Origin: Caecitellus pseudoparvulus
Taxonomy: Eukaryota > Protista > Bigyra: Bicosoecida
Direction of reading: 5' to 3'
Assembly (NCBI GenBank): GCA_965644315.1
Contig: CBFFRQ010000018.1
Span: 62,001-126,000, forward strand
DNA length: 64,000 nt
Both the position numbers and the translations under genes were made by a program. Under the pieces are notes generated by a model that was not told the DNA's origin, ran no database searches, and was given only the letters and a program-made list of their open reading frames with translations. This document shows, piece by piece, positions 12,001 through 20,283 of the stretch; the stretch's first letter is position 1, and each line of letters begins with the position of its first letter.

Positions 12001-15000
12001 CTCGCTGGTCTTTTGCCGCGCAGCACCGGTCCCTCAACGGTGAGCGAGGGCGGGGAGGTCCAGAGTCTTGAGGAAGTGGTCGCGCTGCTGCGCACTGTTT
12101 TGGTCAGCTTCTCTGACGCTGGGCTTGGCGAAGTGCTTGGCCTCACTGTTGCTGAAGCGACAGGTGGACACACAGCCTTTTCTCCCGCATCTGAAGCGCC
12201 TTTGATTGGCTTGAGTATGGCCGAAGATGACCGTAGCACGTTTGCCGAGTGCCTCCTACCTGCAGTGGCAGGGATGCCGGCAGTGATGCACCTTCTCTCC
12301 GTCGCGCTTGCGGAGGAAGCTGCATCGGTGGCCAACCATTTTGCGGTGCACGAGAGTGCCCTGCGCAGCGTAAAGCTTGCCGCGGTATCACTCGCGTGCA
12401 CGCCGTCAACTGCGCCACCCACCGTTGACACGGCGCTGCAAACGGTGCCACCCATTCCTCAACACCGCAGCCTTCTTCACCGCGCCATTGCGATGCTGTG
12501 GGAACTGGCCGATGTTTCTTGGCGTGGGTTGCTTAACATGGCTCCTGAGACTCATGTTGCTGGCGTCGCAGCGTCATTCGTCACGCGATGGCTCGACTGG
12601 GTGCGTTGGTCCCAAGCACAGGGACCCATGCACTCCGCATTTGTCCTGTGCTGCAGCGCGGGTGCGGAACACACCCTGCAGCCCTGCACGCAAAGACTAC
12701 AGTGGCTCATGCACATGGCGTCACAGCGCTTGCCTTGGGTCCTTTCCATTGCGTGCCCGGCTCGATTGGTGCAAGTGCACATGGTGGACGTCGTATCAGC
12801 CACACTTCAAGGCATCGTGAGCTTAAGGAATGGACGGCTCCCTGAGTTGGCGCAGGCGGGCGCGCCCCAGCACATTGATATGGCGTTCACCGTTCAAGAA
12901 CTCCGTGGAGTACTGGCAGCACAAGGACTACAGGACCCTCTGGCCAATGTCTGGGCTGTGACTGAGTGGGGTATAGAGTGGACACTGCTCGGGGCCTGTA
13001 TGGGGTGGCAAGGCAGTAGCCCAGCCCCCGATGCCGTGAGGGGTGCTTCTGAGAGTCCCATGAGAGCCACTGCTTGCCACATGCTGCACGCACGGCTACA
13101 ACAAGACCACGACTTGGTGGTGCTGAGCCACAAACACGGAGCGGAACACATCCACTTGCCAGGCCTCCTGCCCAGAGCCATCGTAGGACGTGCCCAAGCG
13201 CTGCAGGCTTTCCTGGGCTTGCTCGAAACGTCTCCTTCCAGCCCTGTCACATCTTCCATGGTGGATTGCTTCAAGGCAAGCGGCGTGCTGCAGTGCATCG
13301 TTGGTGACTTGCTGTCCAGCCAAGTGCCTGTTTCAGTGGACTTCCACTTGGTTCCGGCAGACTTTGCTCCGTACAACGGCAGCTACCCTTTGCGGTACGA
13401 AGGTGTTGCGACCCTCGTCCAGCTGTGCAAGTCCTTGTTTGCTCAGTACTCATCTGCGAAAGCTTGCGTGGAGGCGCTGCCCTCGCCGCTGCAAGACGAC
13501 TTTCAACCTCGAGCGAGCGACGCACTGCACAAGCACTTGACACAGCTGATTTGCCAGGAACATTTGGCTCGAACAGAGCGCCACAGACTGTTCGAGTTCA
13601 AAGACCCGCAACTTGTAACGACAGTCGAGCACGTCATGCAGTGCCTTGTATCTTTAGGGAGCAGTCACATTCTGCGCATGCTCAGCGAAGCGGAGGTGAG
13701 CATCCCAGATCACTGGCTGCACCTGGATGCCTCTGGGCCAGGCAATGCTGTGCTGGTCACCGGTGCGCATTCTCTTGACCTGAGACCATGGCGAAACCGC
13801 TGCAGCCTCGTCGGTGCCTCCGAGCCCAGTAGCCTCCAGGCAGACGACGGTGGTGCAGCCCGACCGCCTCGACCACCGCGTGTGCCCGAAGTCGTGCTAC
13901 CTGGCCCTGGACACGCACCGCCGTCCCGGCGGCTGGCTGGCGTGGCCTTGCCTGTGCCCACGCAACCTGTGCGTGGTGACGGAGCCACCCCGCCTCCTCA
14001 TACGGGCATTACTCCGTCTGTTTTGCCGCCTTCCGACCGAAGCGACGTTGGTTCGAGACCTCGCCTTGTCCCTTCTGCAGACAGTGCTCCGCGCGTGCTG
14101 GGTGGCACAGGCTCTCGCGAAACGGCCCGAATTCTCGTATGGCTCCGTCCAAGCCATGCTGGGCCTGATGCTGCGACCCACGTTCGAGCCGTGCTTGAGG
14201 CTGTTCTGGCTGGTACGAGCACGGAAACTGGGGACCGCAAGCCCCACCGCGTGCACGAGGCGAGGGCTCACACTGCACCTCAAGATGGGGTTCCCTTCAG
14301 TGCAACCGGCATGTCAGAGCCGGGTCCTGGCACTGTGGTGGAGTGCAGTGCTAGCTTGGCGACTGCAGCTGCCCTGTGGCATGGGCTACAGCCAGAGCGG
14401 CTCGCTTCATTTGGCATGGTGCGGTGTGGGTTCCTGGGGGTAGGCATTGAAGGGTTTCGGCCCATTGACTTGTCGGCCGTGGCGCCTGAAGAGGACCTTG
14501 AGCAAGGCTCAGCCAGCGGCCATGAGGGTGAGGCAGGCCGTGCCCACCCACGCCCCCCCACTGACAGCTCTGCTACGAGCACCCACCCAGCAACTCTTGA
14601 GACCAGTGTCGCTAAGGCTGGAGATGTGCTGGATCACTTGGCCGAGGGGATCGTCCCCGTCAAGGCCGCGTTTGATGCGCAACTCCGCAGTGTCCTGCAG
14701 CAGCATGATGCCTTGCAGGCTTCCTTGCGTGACCTTCGAACTGCGGCAATGATGAAGCGCGGCCGTCGCTCCGAGGCGGCGGACGCCGAGTCCAACATGG
14801 CCAAGCTTGAGGCCCAGCTGTCTGTGCTTTCCCCAGCAGTCGGCGGAGAAAGGCAGCCCCGACTGCCAGCAGCCCACGCTGCAGAGGCCCTGCAGACTTT
14901 GGGTTTAGACCCTTCCAATGTGTTTGGCACGACAGGGGAACACTCTCCACGCACATTCTTCGGCTTCTTGGTTGATGTGGAAACGTGCCTCCTCGCAGCA

Positions 15001-16422
15001 CACGACGCCATCAATCGGTCCGTGGGAGGAGCGCAGTGGAGCCGCGTCAAGTCCATGCCTTCGTGGGCTGCTGGGTGGACCCTGTGGAAGACAGGCCGGC
15101 AGCAAGGCTCGGTCGAACGTAGCACGGAGCAGGATGGGAAGGAACAAGGCCTGGAAGATGGTGACCCGCCGGACAGTGCCGCAAGCGAGTCAGGCGGCCA
15201 CTTCCGGGCCGCAGGTGTCTTGCACATTTCAAAGCAGGACCTGGCTCGCAGACTCTCCCCCTCCCAACGGAAGCTCGCCTTGGCAGCGTGGAGCGAGTTC
15301 AGCAGCCGCGGGGCAGGACCAGCTGCTGGCACCATCGGTCTGTCTGTGGCCAGCGCCTCTGCCGCTCTGGACGCGATTGGCATGGGCACCCTTCGTACCA
15401 GTGCGAGCAGGGAGCTCTGGCGCTTCCTCTCTCGCCCGCTGCATGGATTGCTGTCTGAAGAAGAGTGGCTGCTGGCTGTTGCGGCTGTGTTGGCGTACCA
15501 AGGCCCTGCGGTGCCCGTTCCCCAAGCCGGCTCTGCCAGCACCATGTCGGCTCAGGAGCGGGAGCAGCGAAGGCAAGCGGCAACTAAGGCTGTCATGAGG
15601 CGCCAGGCCGAAGCAGCTGCTCATTCCCAGCAACAGAGGCCCGCAGCATCTGGAGAACCTGAGGCGGCTGCACCCGAGCTGGCAGGCACGCAAACTGACA
15701 GCCCAAGTGGCCATGTTGACCGGCCACAGGACGGGGCTAGCGCAAGGTCTGCAAGTACGACAAAGTCTGGGCGCCAATCGCCAGTCGGCAGCCAGACTGA
15801 GCTGCCACACCCTGCACCCGAAAAGGACGACCAGCCGTCACCTGGTTCTGCAGAGCGGCAGGTGCCCGAGGGTTCAGCTGCAGCACGGCGCAGTGGTGAG
15901 ACGCAGACTGGAGATGCGGCCGATGGCGCTGGCACTGGTCGCACGACGGAGAGCACTGTGTCGAGGGACAGTGCTGATTCGTTTGGATTTGGGGACGTGC
16001 CAGCTCCCGTTGCTGGGGCCGGGGCTGGGGCGGGTGCTCCTGCGTTGACACTGGGTCTGACACCAGCAGTTGTTGGGCCTGCTGCTGGGGATACTCAGGT
16101 AGCCTCTGACAGCGCGCCTGCTGAAGCGGGAGACACCAGCGAACCTGCGCCAGAGCAAGCCGACGGAGTGCCGGCGGACACGCCAACCTTGGCACTGCCC
16201 ACTCCTTCGGATGGCGCAGTGGAGGATGGTGAAGCGAGTGACGAAACTAGGAAGTCAGCCACTGCACCTCCAAACTCGGCCGGTGGTCCACCAGCAGCAG
16301 ATTCCGCCAGTGGCAGTGGTGGATCAGGGGCCGCTGCCACGGCCGTGCAAGGCAGTGCCGAGGCAGATGGGGGATACGCTGAAGACGGCTTCGAGGAGAG
16401 CATTGACCTGGATGCCTCGTAG
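1..16422 (+). CDS. Giant multidomain protein (>5,464 aa, probably 5'-truncated by the window): 4 Tudor/Agenet-like repeats, 3 PUB-like domains, EF-hand(s), WD40-like and helical-repeat regions, disordered C-terminus
   Basis: Frame 1 is open from base 1 to TAG 16420-16422. Tudor-like unit GDAVEGNFRGRGKWYPGRIHRVNPDGTFHVKYADGDEE occurs four times. PUB-like segments lie at about 2371-2523 (VLQYLNDALDHP..WWKINTNDAVF..LLVKACGF), 2749-2901 and 4321-4521 (LKTLSAYLSNVTRRPDEPLYRRVNPRNTAF..LLVAAGW). EF-hand loop DADQDGKVSLFDF is at 3571-3609. WD-like endings LDFWD and LHTWD lie at about 7740-7975. Confidence 0.85.
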   Translation, partial: PLKYSSAGDLVLSIESTLPSGAGSYTAAAGGPESFAEGKEEQPTEQPEGKQVDGPPAQSASASVPPSAINDIERQYTKSAIVTGASLSRLFEKAGHPVERHALEEALQSTGAGKTKRLSIATVIDVYKETQRLAPTPGSSPARDGSAPFGNKADSHARGGGGDLREGDAVEGNFRGRGKWYPGRIHRVNPDGTFHVKYADGDEEMFAPSHRVRAAGGAQGGTPGPGHGGSGGGGGGDLREGDAVEGNFRGRGKWYPGRIHRVNPDGTFHVKYADGDEEMFAPSHRVRAAGGAQGGTPGPGHGGSGGGGGGDLREGDAVEGNFRGRGKWYPGRIHRVNPDGTFHVKYADGDEEMFAPSHRVRAAGGAQGGTPGPGHGGSGGGGGGDLREGDAVEGNFRGRGKWYPGRIHRVNPDGTFHVKYADGDEEMFAPSHRVRAAGGAQGGTPGPGHGGSGGGGGGDLREGDAVEGKASETEKPARSDGGFTVQSQGPDMDDESWRNEGWVHRMGATLLSKVEDAFFRYSSSISREVEARRNRKSLPPLPHRGRVLAVRQLPSALKDTGRRITSSRLLGWMDMFGFDTNDVLSLSEFARAFDFLFVSGEDVGKAADAVEHVWRPVPKAADTQHTSTIAPKMHADVAALSVSAAAARVLVSYGPASSHGESDEVVSDMLRAVAAGRSAAESRALETAFDFFKRADAPGAAPLSIPVAEIPSLLSSLKRRKGLARDVAAQADLVDRLEARGVSTAHVNFWEWLTVFGYVIEEAGAVVSRTVEAAVQQLRFSASTQEMRTCMQTVLQYLNDALDHPHSSSWWKINTNDAVFNSDVARLGGGYLLVKACGFTEQYVEGSTWLLLRAGFDISGIPKPSLSLQDRRLLAARRRELEGAIAELDDGMPTPAGVLRSMVHCGGLDAALAGGSLLLQYVDNVLSSPGKDKFWTISGENVVLQRRLLRLGRGVAVAGLKSAGFAPCISQEAGSTASPVFTLIGNPQDEAASGFKFPVIPEDVLQRLWHRRGVFKQELACLARLQRDGQDSMGPGFGSYSPEALSMDPGVVKTQGRPNFAADAGKAAPMGHNKQSGTSLPKRGAQASERKGHRQDLAASVAVGLAAAADAMSGSALHGRPATQHALPAERLDVTALPVQRDQVRAAREVFRSLCPPGSTLVSAADLRKHAALQGDAAGEKSAGELIAALDADQDGKVSLFDFVKSTSVALLVPGVGSGELDSAAAADFLTLLPGPGVLSAVGTLRLMASPAECVQVLLGAQSVVQQLIAAASSSADWSFHARVPGPDERAPPRWTSQATPLPAALLRTPWASLIMRTIGLVPIIPPGTGRVATWQAAARSQGGHILLRFMGDASERWKQIPSALLSKLQQLLVSLKKHRVILQLGSLPHVAAVTAAVRTLAMSAEELDSLNHDSKPVLPDGSIPSVEGSSQDTMLSMYTALKTLSAYLSNVTRRPDEPLYRRVNPRNTAFQQRMKDIPMPGAWVCPPVPGSVRVLGEHLLVAAGWVDCADGTLVLPASVDLGTLSARCLELQATLRALKPLVKQARSKSDSQASQGGELTLSRDPVRSNRGEQHSGFHSAPPTSSDVTLREEARSTAAEEQVSDLSAAQHKRGALVARAQSDRIRSLEAEVASLQEQLHARVPDKAAAVLRSMRASDRAQVLKLLKAAGMGRMPEPDSLSLAGVDSLLQQAPKAGLYDGATPASAATLSTSSLHRDASKGTTALSTTLDTRQRAGSSTRATRPSASSRSAAPLSQPTFLTTHAPAGDVQVALQSLALSVLRRSAKLSKSRAKRRGRGRKAALQPRRIRGTPSAEPPTTDLVSAKSSSGSAAALLEVAGDGETLPVQLGERVRIGAEGQEEEAFVTGVDQQSQIVQLDRPLTFDHPMGTPLVLIATPAAQKQDFLRKDLKGMVAAVLDHAIGVAVQRGEASRTSASLTNSFQTRLIPKVGLFPTELTRTTAGAGAKLFLGRGGPSWAMEDASWGTAACSWDSPVEMAAGAFFDALDFHATDSLSLQRLASALSGGHVPHVAGVPPFFQPASILHLLRSSVGSGGSSLACEAGSLETSALNQTPDQVSSALIASWRSMNTQHSCLSHSEHALRAWAVEHSSLDRNQFVGLYSRVRSLASGTQAAQLTPLPCSGESVRTLQRVLHDETRLARELCGCALDDTMLGQLASGFAAVCANVNYGVVVDSSWKRVGPQMSLPLKAVAAVIWECDGVQVPATALEQGAAAAIGEIACAPSTLLDTDDGLHASPVQGITFSAFVQLRQELIDVSTAAVEAHCAEPWQAGFAQGSDAAWPKYAPRRAALRERLRKAFNACARQGVRAMTSSELISMLSRSHEGASMLDSCTIPGCSESLRTSLERFSSRLTWGALACFIRHPAFSQSSIQCSPPRLSAPSLPGTPTHTAVCSEAGLKACMTEQGELVISRLDTPEHVHVNLQGFLPNPVQPGAVCIVWSYPQAATGTPQLWVIVSGVNCIQVDPGSGSVAGITKLNGVPEHAASNSSQIMHRGQPLASMCVWFEHFLLISWVPTTGALRVHCLLSGNLVGIAECQPKARAGPLCILTHLECLVVGHIGRLDFWDLRPALKAAADARTALQRGDAPSAPATVTCLTSAESPQWRAVAHPPEVVALSFSEPACCLAVLDAAGELHTWDVYAPLHRMASPASALHLTRHDSLRDTSEDSCDWLGTDAPLSEPEAVEMQQAVPLRYCGVVNTGGCVAGLSGILIPSSGGSSGFQPQDWMAKLQRITAKAQSAPRGSLHEGAIYIFSDGTVRAIDAPHLCPELITLHCPAALFQSQVSTRHVSESGARLQASFAALLKVHRQRALIQRVVLVAASSVPLSMLADSLLMPTVGTDAGGWRGEVPTCLASESDLKAALLRVHLACSAPAPVPEEDVGERQLHEIAEQKTYGEATAGPYVEVVYTPGDGPEECMRPAQRNRDAVGGKCIGYLKQVVDSTAYVSLAHVAEELHIAVDEVSVLGMHSVSRAARAGDWVLLDAPDELLDQYPVLRHCDPRTAGLPAPRCDSKTSALLGVTLDDGQCLLLALNRMAISRSVVSLTQQLSESEVGAAVSAAATLSAQDLLLCFHESSSLSWNLSQIRGLASLAALECSSLASRWRHAPDGELSVASALQLQRDFSAALQLTVACASAPRWVQEGLLPHAMYTALQLAFKPGTNVARLLATLTSVVAAFPPLQAACAPFVGLQSNPSKSGAPLRDSLTHTSMEACRLSFCHDEVESAEDAEVYAALWGRLRSAILRCASAPQQSPAADISAPVHVRWQVLKQAAAECVLPPALSGGHGPSICWDAVAALQKYLPSAVPHPQWQHLASSSTNAMQTSRALALGPFSATVPAGGDWPAASASQLLPLEHQLEVVSALQPVELAEAALLRTHSLTLTAAEWLAAPGGLAAVLVGQECVQEAPDGAQGQPSVGPEHSTPAHSLLVQHFAIPAADLLNCLACPQHQRLQVVPAGDSLSRLLTCLSIAEVVLCDAPADAAASRAARSGSVRSGNEGLSLRQFERLWLHLADDARAEGRDFFLSVKSLDVLACLVLLHSASAGAPPLSAHQEEKLHEEKLADLACQVFASLLRRLASDPFVEGQPAAFRLSCSAAVLSAAGALATGKAFGLDQHVQAAEDGDDLQQERCVTPATLASGAALLRFLVGRDGMGGMAAPNVSYLLQHPGVFTVGAHPHEVQDRAAGTPPVASFYFGFLPARGRTVDDSPPPDRAGTEAIAGLLAAAQSVHSGEAPAQALAAWFPGAAPSSSSVLRSSVWLAEAADVAEGLRQLMLGVHLNQIHAQRTGAAKARQTIRAALSAWLPSTTAKSRGSPSLSLDKLALVEDFALVDSLVPLLASPDQHVRAAVLLTAKDIAQASERAHHTEKSGASLPVGAVPPSAVRRLLRPFLTPQAVHGVTQRVKLSMPGTAARHLGDDGAAVQAAIACLCGIARSGMADAATWLACDVPSTLELAAHKGDPSWRRDAEQLHEDLQSGALIPALAGLLPRSTGPSTVSEGGEVQSLEEVVALLRTVLVSFSDAGLGEVLGLTVAEATGGHTAFSPASEAPLIGLSMAEDDRSTFAECLLPAVAGMPAVMHLLSVALAEEAASVANHFAVHESALRSVKLAAVSLACTPSTAPPTVDTALQTVPPIPQHRSLLHRAIAMLWELADVSWRGLLNMAPETHVAGVAASFVTRWLDWVRWSQAQGPMHSAFVLCCSAGAEHTLQPCTQRLQWLMHMASQRLPWVLSIACPARLVQVHMVDVVSATLQGIVSLRNGRLPELAQAGAPQHIDMAFTVQELRGVLAAQGLQDPLANVWAVTEWGIEWTLLGACMGWQGSSPAPDAVRGASESPMRATACHMLHARLQQDHDLVVLSHKHGAEHIHLPGLLPRAIVGRAQALQAFLGLLETSPSSPVTSSMVDCFKASGVLQCIVGDLLSSQVPVSVDFHLVPADFAPYNGSYPLRYEGVATLVQLCKSLFAQYSSAKACVEALPSPLQDDFQPRASDALHKHLTQLICQEHLARTERHRLFEFKDPQLVTTVEHVMQCLVSLGSSHILRMLSEAEVSIPDHWLHLDASGPGNAVLVTGAHSLDLRPWRNRCSLVGASEPSSLQADDGGAARPPRPPRVPEVVLPGPGHAPPSRRLAGVALPVPTQPVRGDGATPPPHTGITPSVLPPSDRSDVGSRPRLVPSADSAPRVLGGTGSRETARILVWLRPSHAGPDAATHVRAVLEAVLAGTSTETGDRKPHRVHEARAHTAPQDGVPFSATGMSEPGPGTVVECSASLATAAALWHGLQPERLASFGMVRCGFLGVGIEGFRPIDLSAVAPEEDLEQGSASGHEGEAGRAHPRPPTDSSATSTHPATLETSVAKAGDVLDHLAEGIVPVKAAFDAQLRSVLQQHDALQASLRDLRTAAMMKRGRRSEAADAESNMAKLEAQLSVLSPAVGGERQPRLPAAHAAEALQTLGLDPSNVFGTTGEHSPRTFFGFLVDVETCLLAAHDAINRSVGGAQWSRVKSMPSWAAGWTLWKTGRQQGSVERSTEQDGKEQGLEDGDPPDSAASESGGHFRAAGVLHISKQDLARRLSPSQRKLALAAWSEFSSRGAGPAAGTIGLSVASASAALDAIGMGTLRTSASRELWRFLSRPLHGLLSEEEWLLAVAAVLAYQGPAVPVPQAGSASTMSAQEREQRRQAATKAVMRRQAEAAAHSQQQRPAASGEPEAAAPELAGTQTDSPSGHVDRPQDGASARSASTTKSGRQSPVGSQTELPHPAPEKDDQPSPGSAERQVPEGSAAARRSGETQTGDAADGAGTGRTTESTVSRDSADSFGFGDVPAPVAGAGAGAGAPALTLGLTPAVVGPAAGDTQVASDSAPAEAGDTSEPAPEQADGVPADTPTLALPTPSDGAVEDGEASDETRKSATAPPNSAGGPPAADSASGSGGSGAAATAVQGSAEADGGYAEDGFEESIDLDAS
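487..1406 (+). repeat. Coding tandem repeat, 222-bp unit (74 aa), about 4.1 copies, Tudor-like domain plus Gly-rich linker
   Basis: Units start at 487, 709, 931, 1153 and 1375 (gacttgcgcgagggcgacgcagtg...). Copies are essentially identical; the one difference seen is synonymous GAG/GAA in unit 1. Confidence 0.97.
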
Positions 16423-16423
16423 A

Positions 16424-16431
16424 AATGCATT
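16424..16431. terminator. AATGCATT palindrome, putative shared 3'-end processing signal
   Basis: Begins 2 nt after the TAG of the giant ORF and lies about 35 nt past the TAA of convergent HACD. Confidence 0.6.
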
Positions 16432-16465
16432 GCAGCATGACTGACACGAGTGGAGTGGGTGCTCC

Positions 16466-17307
16466 TTACTGCGTCTTCTTGGCATCGTCGGCGGTTGGGG
16501 GAGCGAGCTTCTTTGTGCGCTGGCGCAGCATATGCCCGAACATGTGCACGCTGCCTGGGGGGTAGATTGCCAGGAGGGTGAACCACAGGAAGCCGTGGTA
16601 GTCGAACAGCATGTTGTAGGCGTTGGGAAGTGCGACAGACAGCGTGCCAGTCGCCTTGATGAAGGGCAGCGCAGACCAGATGGACCAGACCTCCCCTGAG
16701 ATGCCAGTGGGGTACAGCACCATGAAGAGGGAGTACCGCAGCCACAGCAGTGGGTAGGGCACGGCGTTCCACAGGTTCAGGAGGAGGAAGAGGTAGCGAG
16801 GGACCTCCACAGCTGACCAGGAGGCTGCCATGAGGGTGAAGCAGGGGCCAGTCTGCGCTGCAGGTGCGAAGTGGGTGACGCCCCACAGCACGATCAGGCG
16901 AGACAGCACTTGCAAGGCAGTAGTGGCGGGGCTGGCGCGGACCAGGCCGACCATGGCGTGCAGGACTTCCATGGCAGCCAGGGTCTGCACGCCTTTCAGT
17001 GGCAGCTCCACCTTCTCGTACAGCGTATCCGGAGTCCTGTGCAAGGAGGTCGCAGGGGGGCTGCAAAGCGGGCAGCCCCCGATCAGACACACACAGCACC
17101 ACGCACCCATCGTTTGCGTAGTGGTCCGCCAACAGGTAGATGACGTAGGCCCTGTGCAATGGGCGGGATTGTGCGTGCGGAAATTGATGCTAGCTGCCGG
17201 CGCGGGGACTGCCACAGTACGCACCACCCAGCGATGTTCACTGCATTGTACAGGGACAAGTACAAAAGCACGGGGAGGCTTGTCTTCTTCGCCTTCTTGT
17301 CTGCCAT
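16466..17307 (-). CDS. HACD: Very-long-chain 3-hydroxyacyl-CoA dehydratase (PTPLA/PHS1/PAS2 family), 3 exons
   Basis: Exons 17307-17225, 17151-17107 and 17036-16466; introns GTGCGT..CAG of 73 and 70 nt. The spliced protein has YLSLYNAVNIAGW, QTLAAMEVLH, QVLSR, WSAVEVPRY and WLRYSLFMVLYPTGISGE (catalytic Tyr/Glu motif). Confidence 0.93.
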
Positions 17308-17522
17308 GTCTGCTGTGTGGGGCAGGCGCAGCGGCACACACACGGATGTGGAGGCGGTCGCTACAGTCAAGGAGGCTGCGGACGTAAAGCCAGGCAGAAG
17401 TGGCGCAGAGGGGGCCGGACTGAGACGCGGTGGATTGGAAAGTACGGCTGAAGCAGGGCTTGCAGGTGTGGTTGTGACATGTGAGGGGGGCTTCATTTCA
17501 GGCGCAAGAGTGCACTGTCGCC

Positions 17523-18943
17523 TCACACTTGGCTCGCTGCCTCGGCATCAGAGGCTGCCTCAGCTTCTGCACCAGCCTGGGCAGGCTCGACCTTTGATGA
17601 AGGTGCTGCAAGGAGGGTGCCTGCACTTGCTGGCGCCTCCCCGCGCCATGCTCGCGCCATGAAGTCGCGAATGCGGGTCAGGCTGAACGCGCTCCAGTAC
17701 GCGACGATGACGAGGAGGAAGACGCCAATGGCCACGACGGCGTCAGTGCCCCGCGTCCACGTCAAGATGCTGTACAGGGATTCCCCAGGGTTGGCCGCAG
17801 TGAAGGCGCCGTTGACAATGAGGTACAGCAGGCACACCAGGAGGAAGGCGGGGAAGTGACTGGACAGCACTGGCACACGCCCCATGGCAATCTCCAGCAC
17901 CGGCACGAGGATGGAGATGTGGGTTTGCACAGACCGGTACAGGCCCGCGCCCTCTGGCGGGGAGGAGTAGTTGAACAGCAGCAGCCAGTAGATAAGCGTG
18001 ATGCCCACACCCAGCCCAGCTGCAAGGTGGAAGAGGAACACCAGTGTCTGCTGCACCCACAGCGCAGACTGCGGGCTACAGCTGATGGGCACCTGTGCCC
18101 CGCCCTGGGCCAGCGTGTTCAGCTGGGTGACTGTCGTGCAGTCGCACACGTCATTCACGTCGGGGCAGGACCCTGGAGCAGCGTCCACGGGCGCCAAGGG
18201 CAGGGCTTGGGCGCCATGCGACTTGGCTGCGCCGCTGGAAGGTGCCGCCTCGCTCGCGGACGTGTCAGGAACGATGGGCGTGGCCTCGGACACAGGGGGC
18301 GGGGAGGCGCCCTGCGTGCCTGCTGGGCGCCCGGGCTCAGTCACAGGCTCGCTGCTGAAGAGCGCACCTCCGAACTGCAACGCGCCAATGATGCCGGCTC
18401 CGGTGATGTAAGCGCCAGTGAAGTACAGGCCCCCTGAGAAGGCAAGGCCCAGAGTGTAGCTGCACTTGGTGTGGGCACCGTGCGAGGGAAGGCAACGCAC
18501 AGTTACTCAGGTACCAGAAGTGGCGCTCTGGCTGTGCGTCAGGGCCGACATTGGTGTCCAGGTTCGCCACAGTGTAGTACAGGCTGCGAGACCAGCATTC
18601 GCTGCATGAAGGCAGTGCTTGCACGGCGTCGAACCGCGCCAGCGACGCACCAGAAGCACAGAAAGTACAGCCCCAAAGGCAATCTGAACAGCAGGTTGTA
18701 GTAGGCGCTCGCCTTGTCATCATCCGACCACGCCCAGCTGCACAAGCGAAGCACTGAGGGTTGCTCGAACTGAAACGCTCGCCTCGCACTCCCGCGACAA
18801 GCTCACCGCCAAAGGTTCGCAAAGTCCACGCCATGGTAGCTGCACCAACACACAGCCCGAGAGCATACTCCTATGCTCTGTGCATTGGTGTCTGCAGCCG
18901 CAGCTGGCGCCTCTGATGGGCTGGAGGTGGTTCTTGCAGCCAT
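17523..18943 (-). CDS. Rolling-stone / FAR-17a/AIG1-like multi-pass membrane protein, 4 exons
   Basis: Introns 18806-18738, 18650-18584 and 18500-18434 (69, 67, 67 nt, GT-AG) restore YLSNWGLYFT...ITLIYWLLL...VQTH...LYSILTW, the conserved pattern of this family. Confidence 0.75.
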
Positions 18944-19098
18944 GCCTGCGTTTCGTTGCCCAGGCGGCACGACGAGGGTGCCGTGGAGCAGAAAGGGCGG
19001 TCTGTGGCAGCAGGTGCACACGGCACGGTGAAGAAACAAGATTTGTGGGGTGAGGAATGTGAATTTACACGTGCCTGTCTCCCTGGCAGGCGCAGGCA

Positions 19099-20144
19099 CT
19101 ACAACTCAGACTGTGTGCGGTCTTCTGTTGCCCCACGCGGGACCCTGCCCAGCAAGACATCTTCAGAGAGCGGCGGCGGCACCTCCTCGCCCTCTGGTAC
19201 TTCTCTCACGAGCTCCTTCGGCTTCCGGGGCGGGGCGGCGTCTGTCGGCACGCTGGTCAGCACCACCCGCCCCTCCTCCAGCAGAGTGGACTGCACACCC
19301 TCCGCGGCTGCACGGTCTCCAGTCACAGGGGCCCAGCCAGCCGCAGCCATGTTCATGGCAAAGACGGAGCGCGCCTGCAGGCTGTACGCGCCCAACTGGC
19401 CGTCCCCCACCATGAACCCCACCGACCGCACATGCTCGAAACTGCCCAGGGCGGGGCCCCCCTGCCAACGCTTGCCCTGCACGCGAGGCTCGAAGGCCGC
19501 CAGGGGGACGATGTACGTGACGAAGCCCTCTTCGGAGGGCAGCACGCCCTCTGCAGTCGTGTGCATGCGTGCAGTGTAGTACACGCCGTACGGCACGTCT
19601 TGAGACCGCAGCACGATCTTGAAGTCGCGGTCGGTGGGCTTGGCTGAGACGGCGATGGAGTCACAACCAGCCTTGAACGCAGCCTGGAAGCGGTCCCACA
19701 CCTCTTTGTTCATGTCATCAAAACGCACAGATGCGAAGCCCCCCCCGTTGGCGTCAGACCTGCGAGCAGTGCGAGCAACGAGCGTGAGGCAGCGCGCTCC
19801 CGGCGCCAGCTCCACACCACGCACACGGTGCCGGAAAACTCAGCCACTTCTGCGCTCCACTCCCACCCGTTTGTGGACTGTCCTCCCATGACTACGTCGC
19901 CCACTGGCCGCCTGCGCAGCAAGTGTTTGGCAGGGTGCACACATGCTGCTAGCACCTCCCAGCGCCAGGCACCTCACCAATCCCACCACTTGTTGTACCC
20001 ATCGCCTTCCCGCCCAAAGAGAAGCACGCCCTCAGGTGCCGCGGCAGCAGACGCCATGCCAATGAAAGAAGCAGCAGCTACGCAGGCATACACCGAGGCG
20101 CGGGCCCTTCCCGACGCAGCTGCGCCACGTGCCGACAGCAGCAT
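19099..20144 (-). CDS. CIA30 (complex I intermediate-associated protein 30/NDUFAF1-like) domain protein, 3 exons
   Basis: Introns 19977-19912 (66 nt) and 19824-19760 (65 nt). The spliced protein has WRPVGDVVMGGQS, FSGTVSDANGGGFASVR and VPLAAFEPRVQGK. The N-terminus is Arg/Ala-rich then hydrophobic, like a targeting peptide. Confidence 0.85.
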
Positions 20145-20283
20145 GGGGAGCTGCGGAATTCGGCGCCTCACCCGACCTCTTCCCCAAAGAAACGCAAGGC
20201 AAGTCAAGGTCAGCGGGACCAAGGGCATCTGGTAAACCTGCCTGAACTCACAGCACAAATGTATTGTGGACGCGCGCTGTCCG

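Noticed and set aside
18434-18514. Apparent frameshift or non-canonical intron in the rolling-stone-like gene
   Set aside because: Resolved by a canonical 67-nt GTGCGT..CTCAG intron (18500-18434) that restores YLSNWG.
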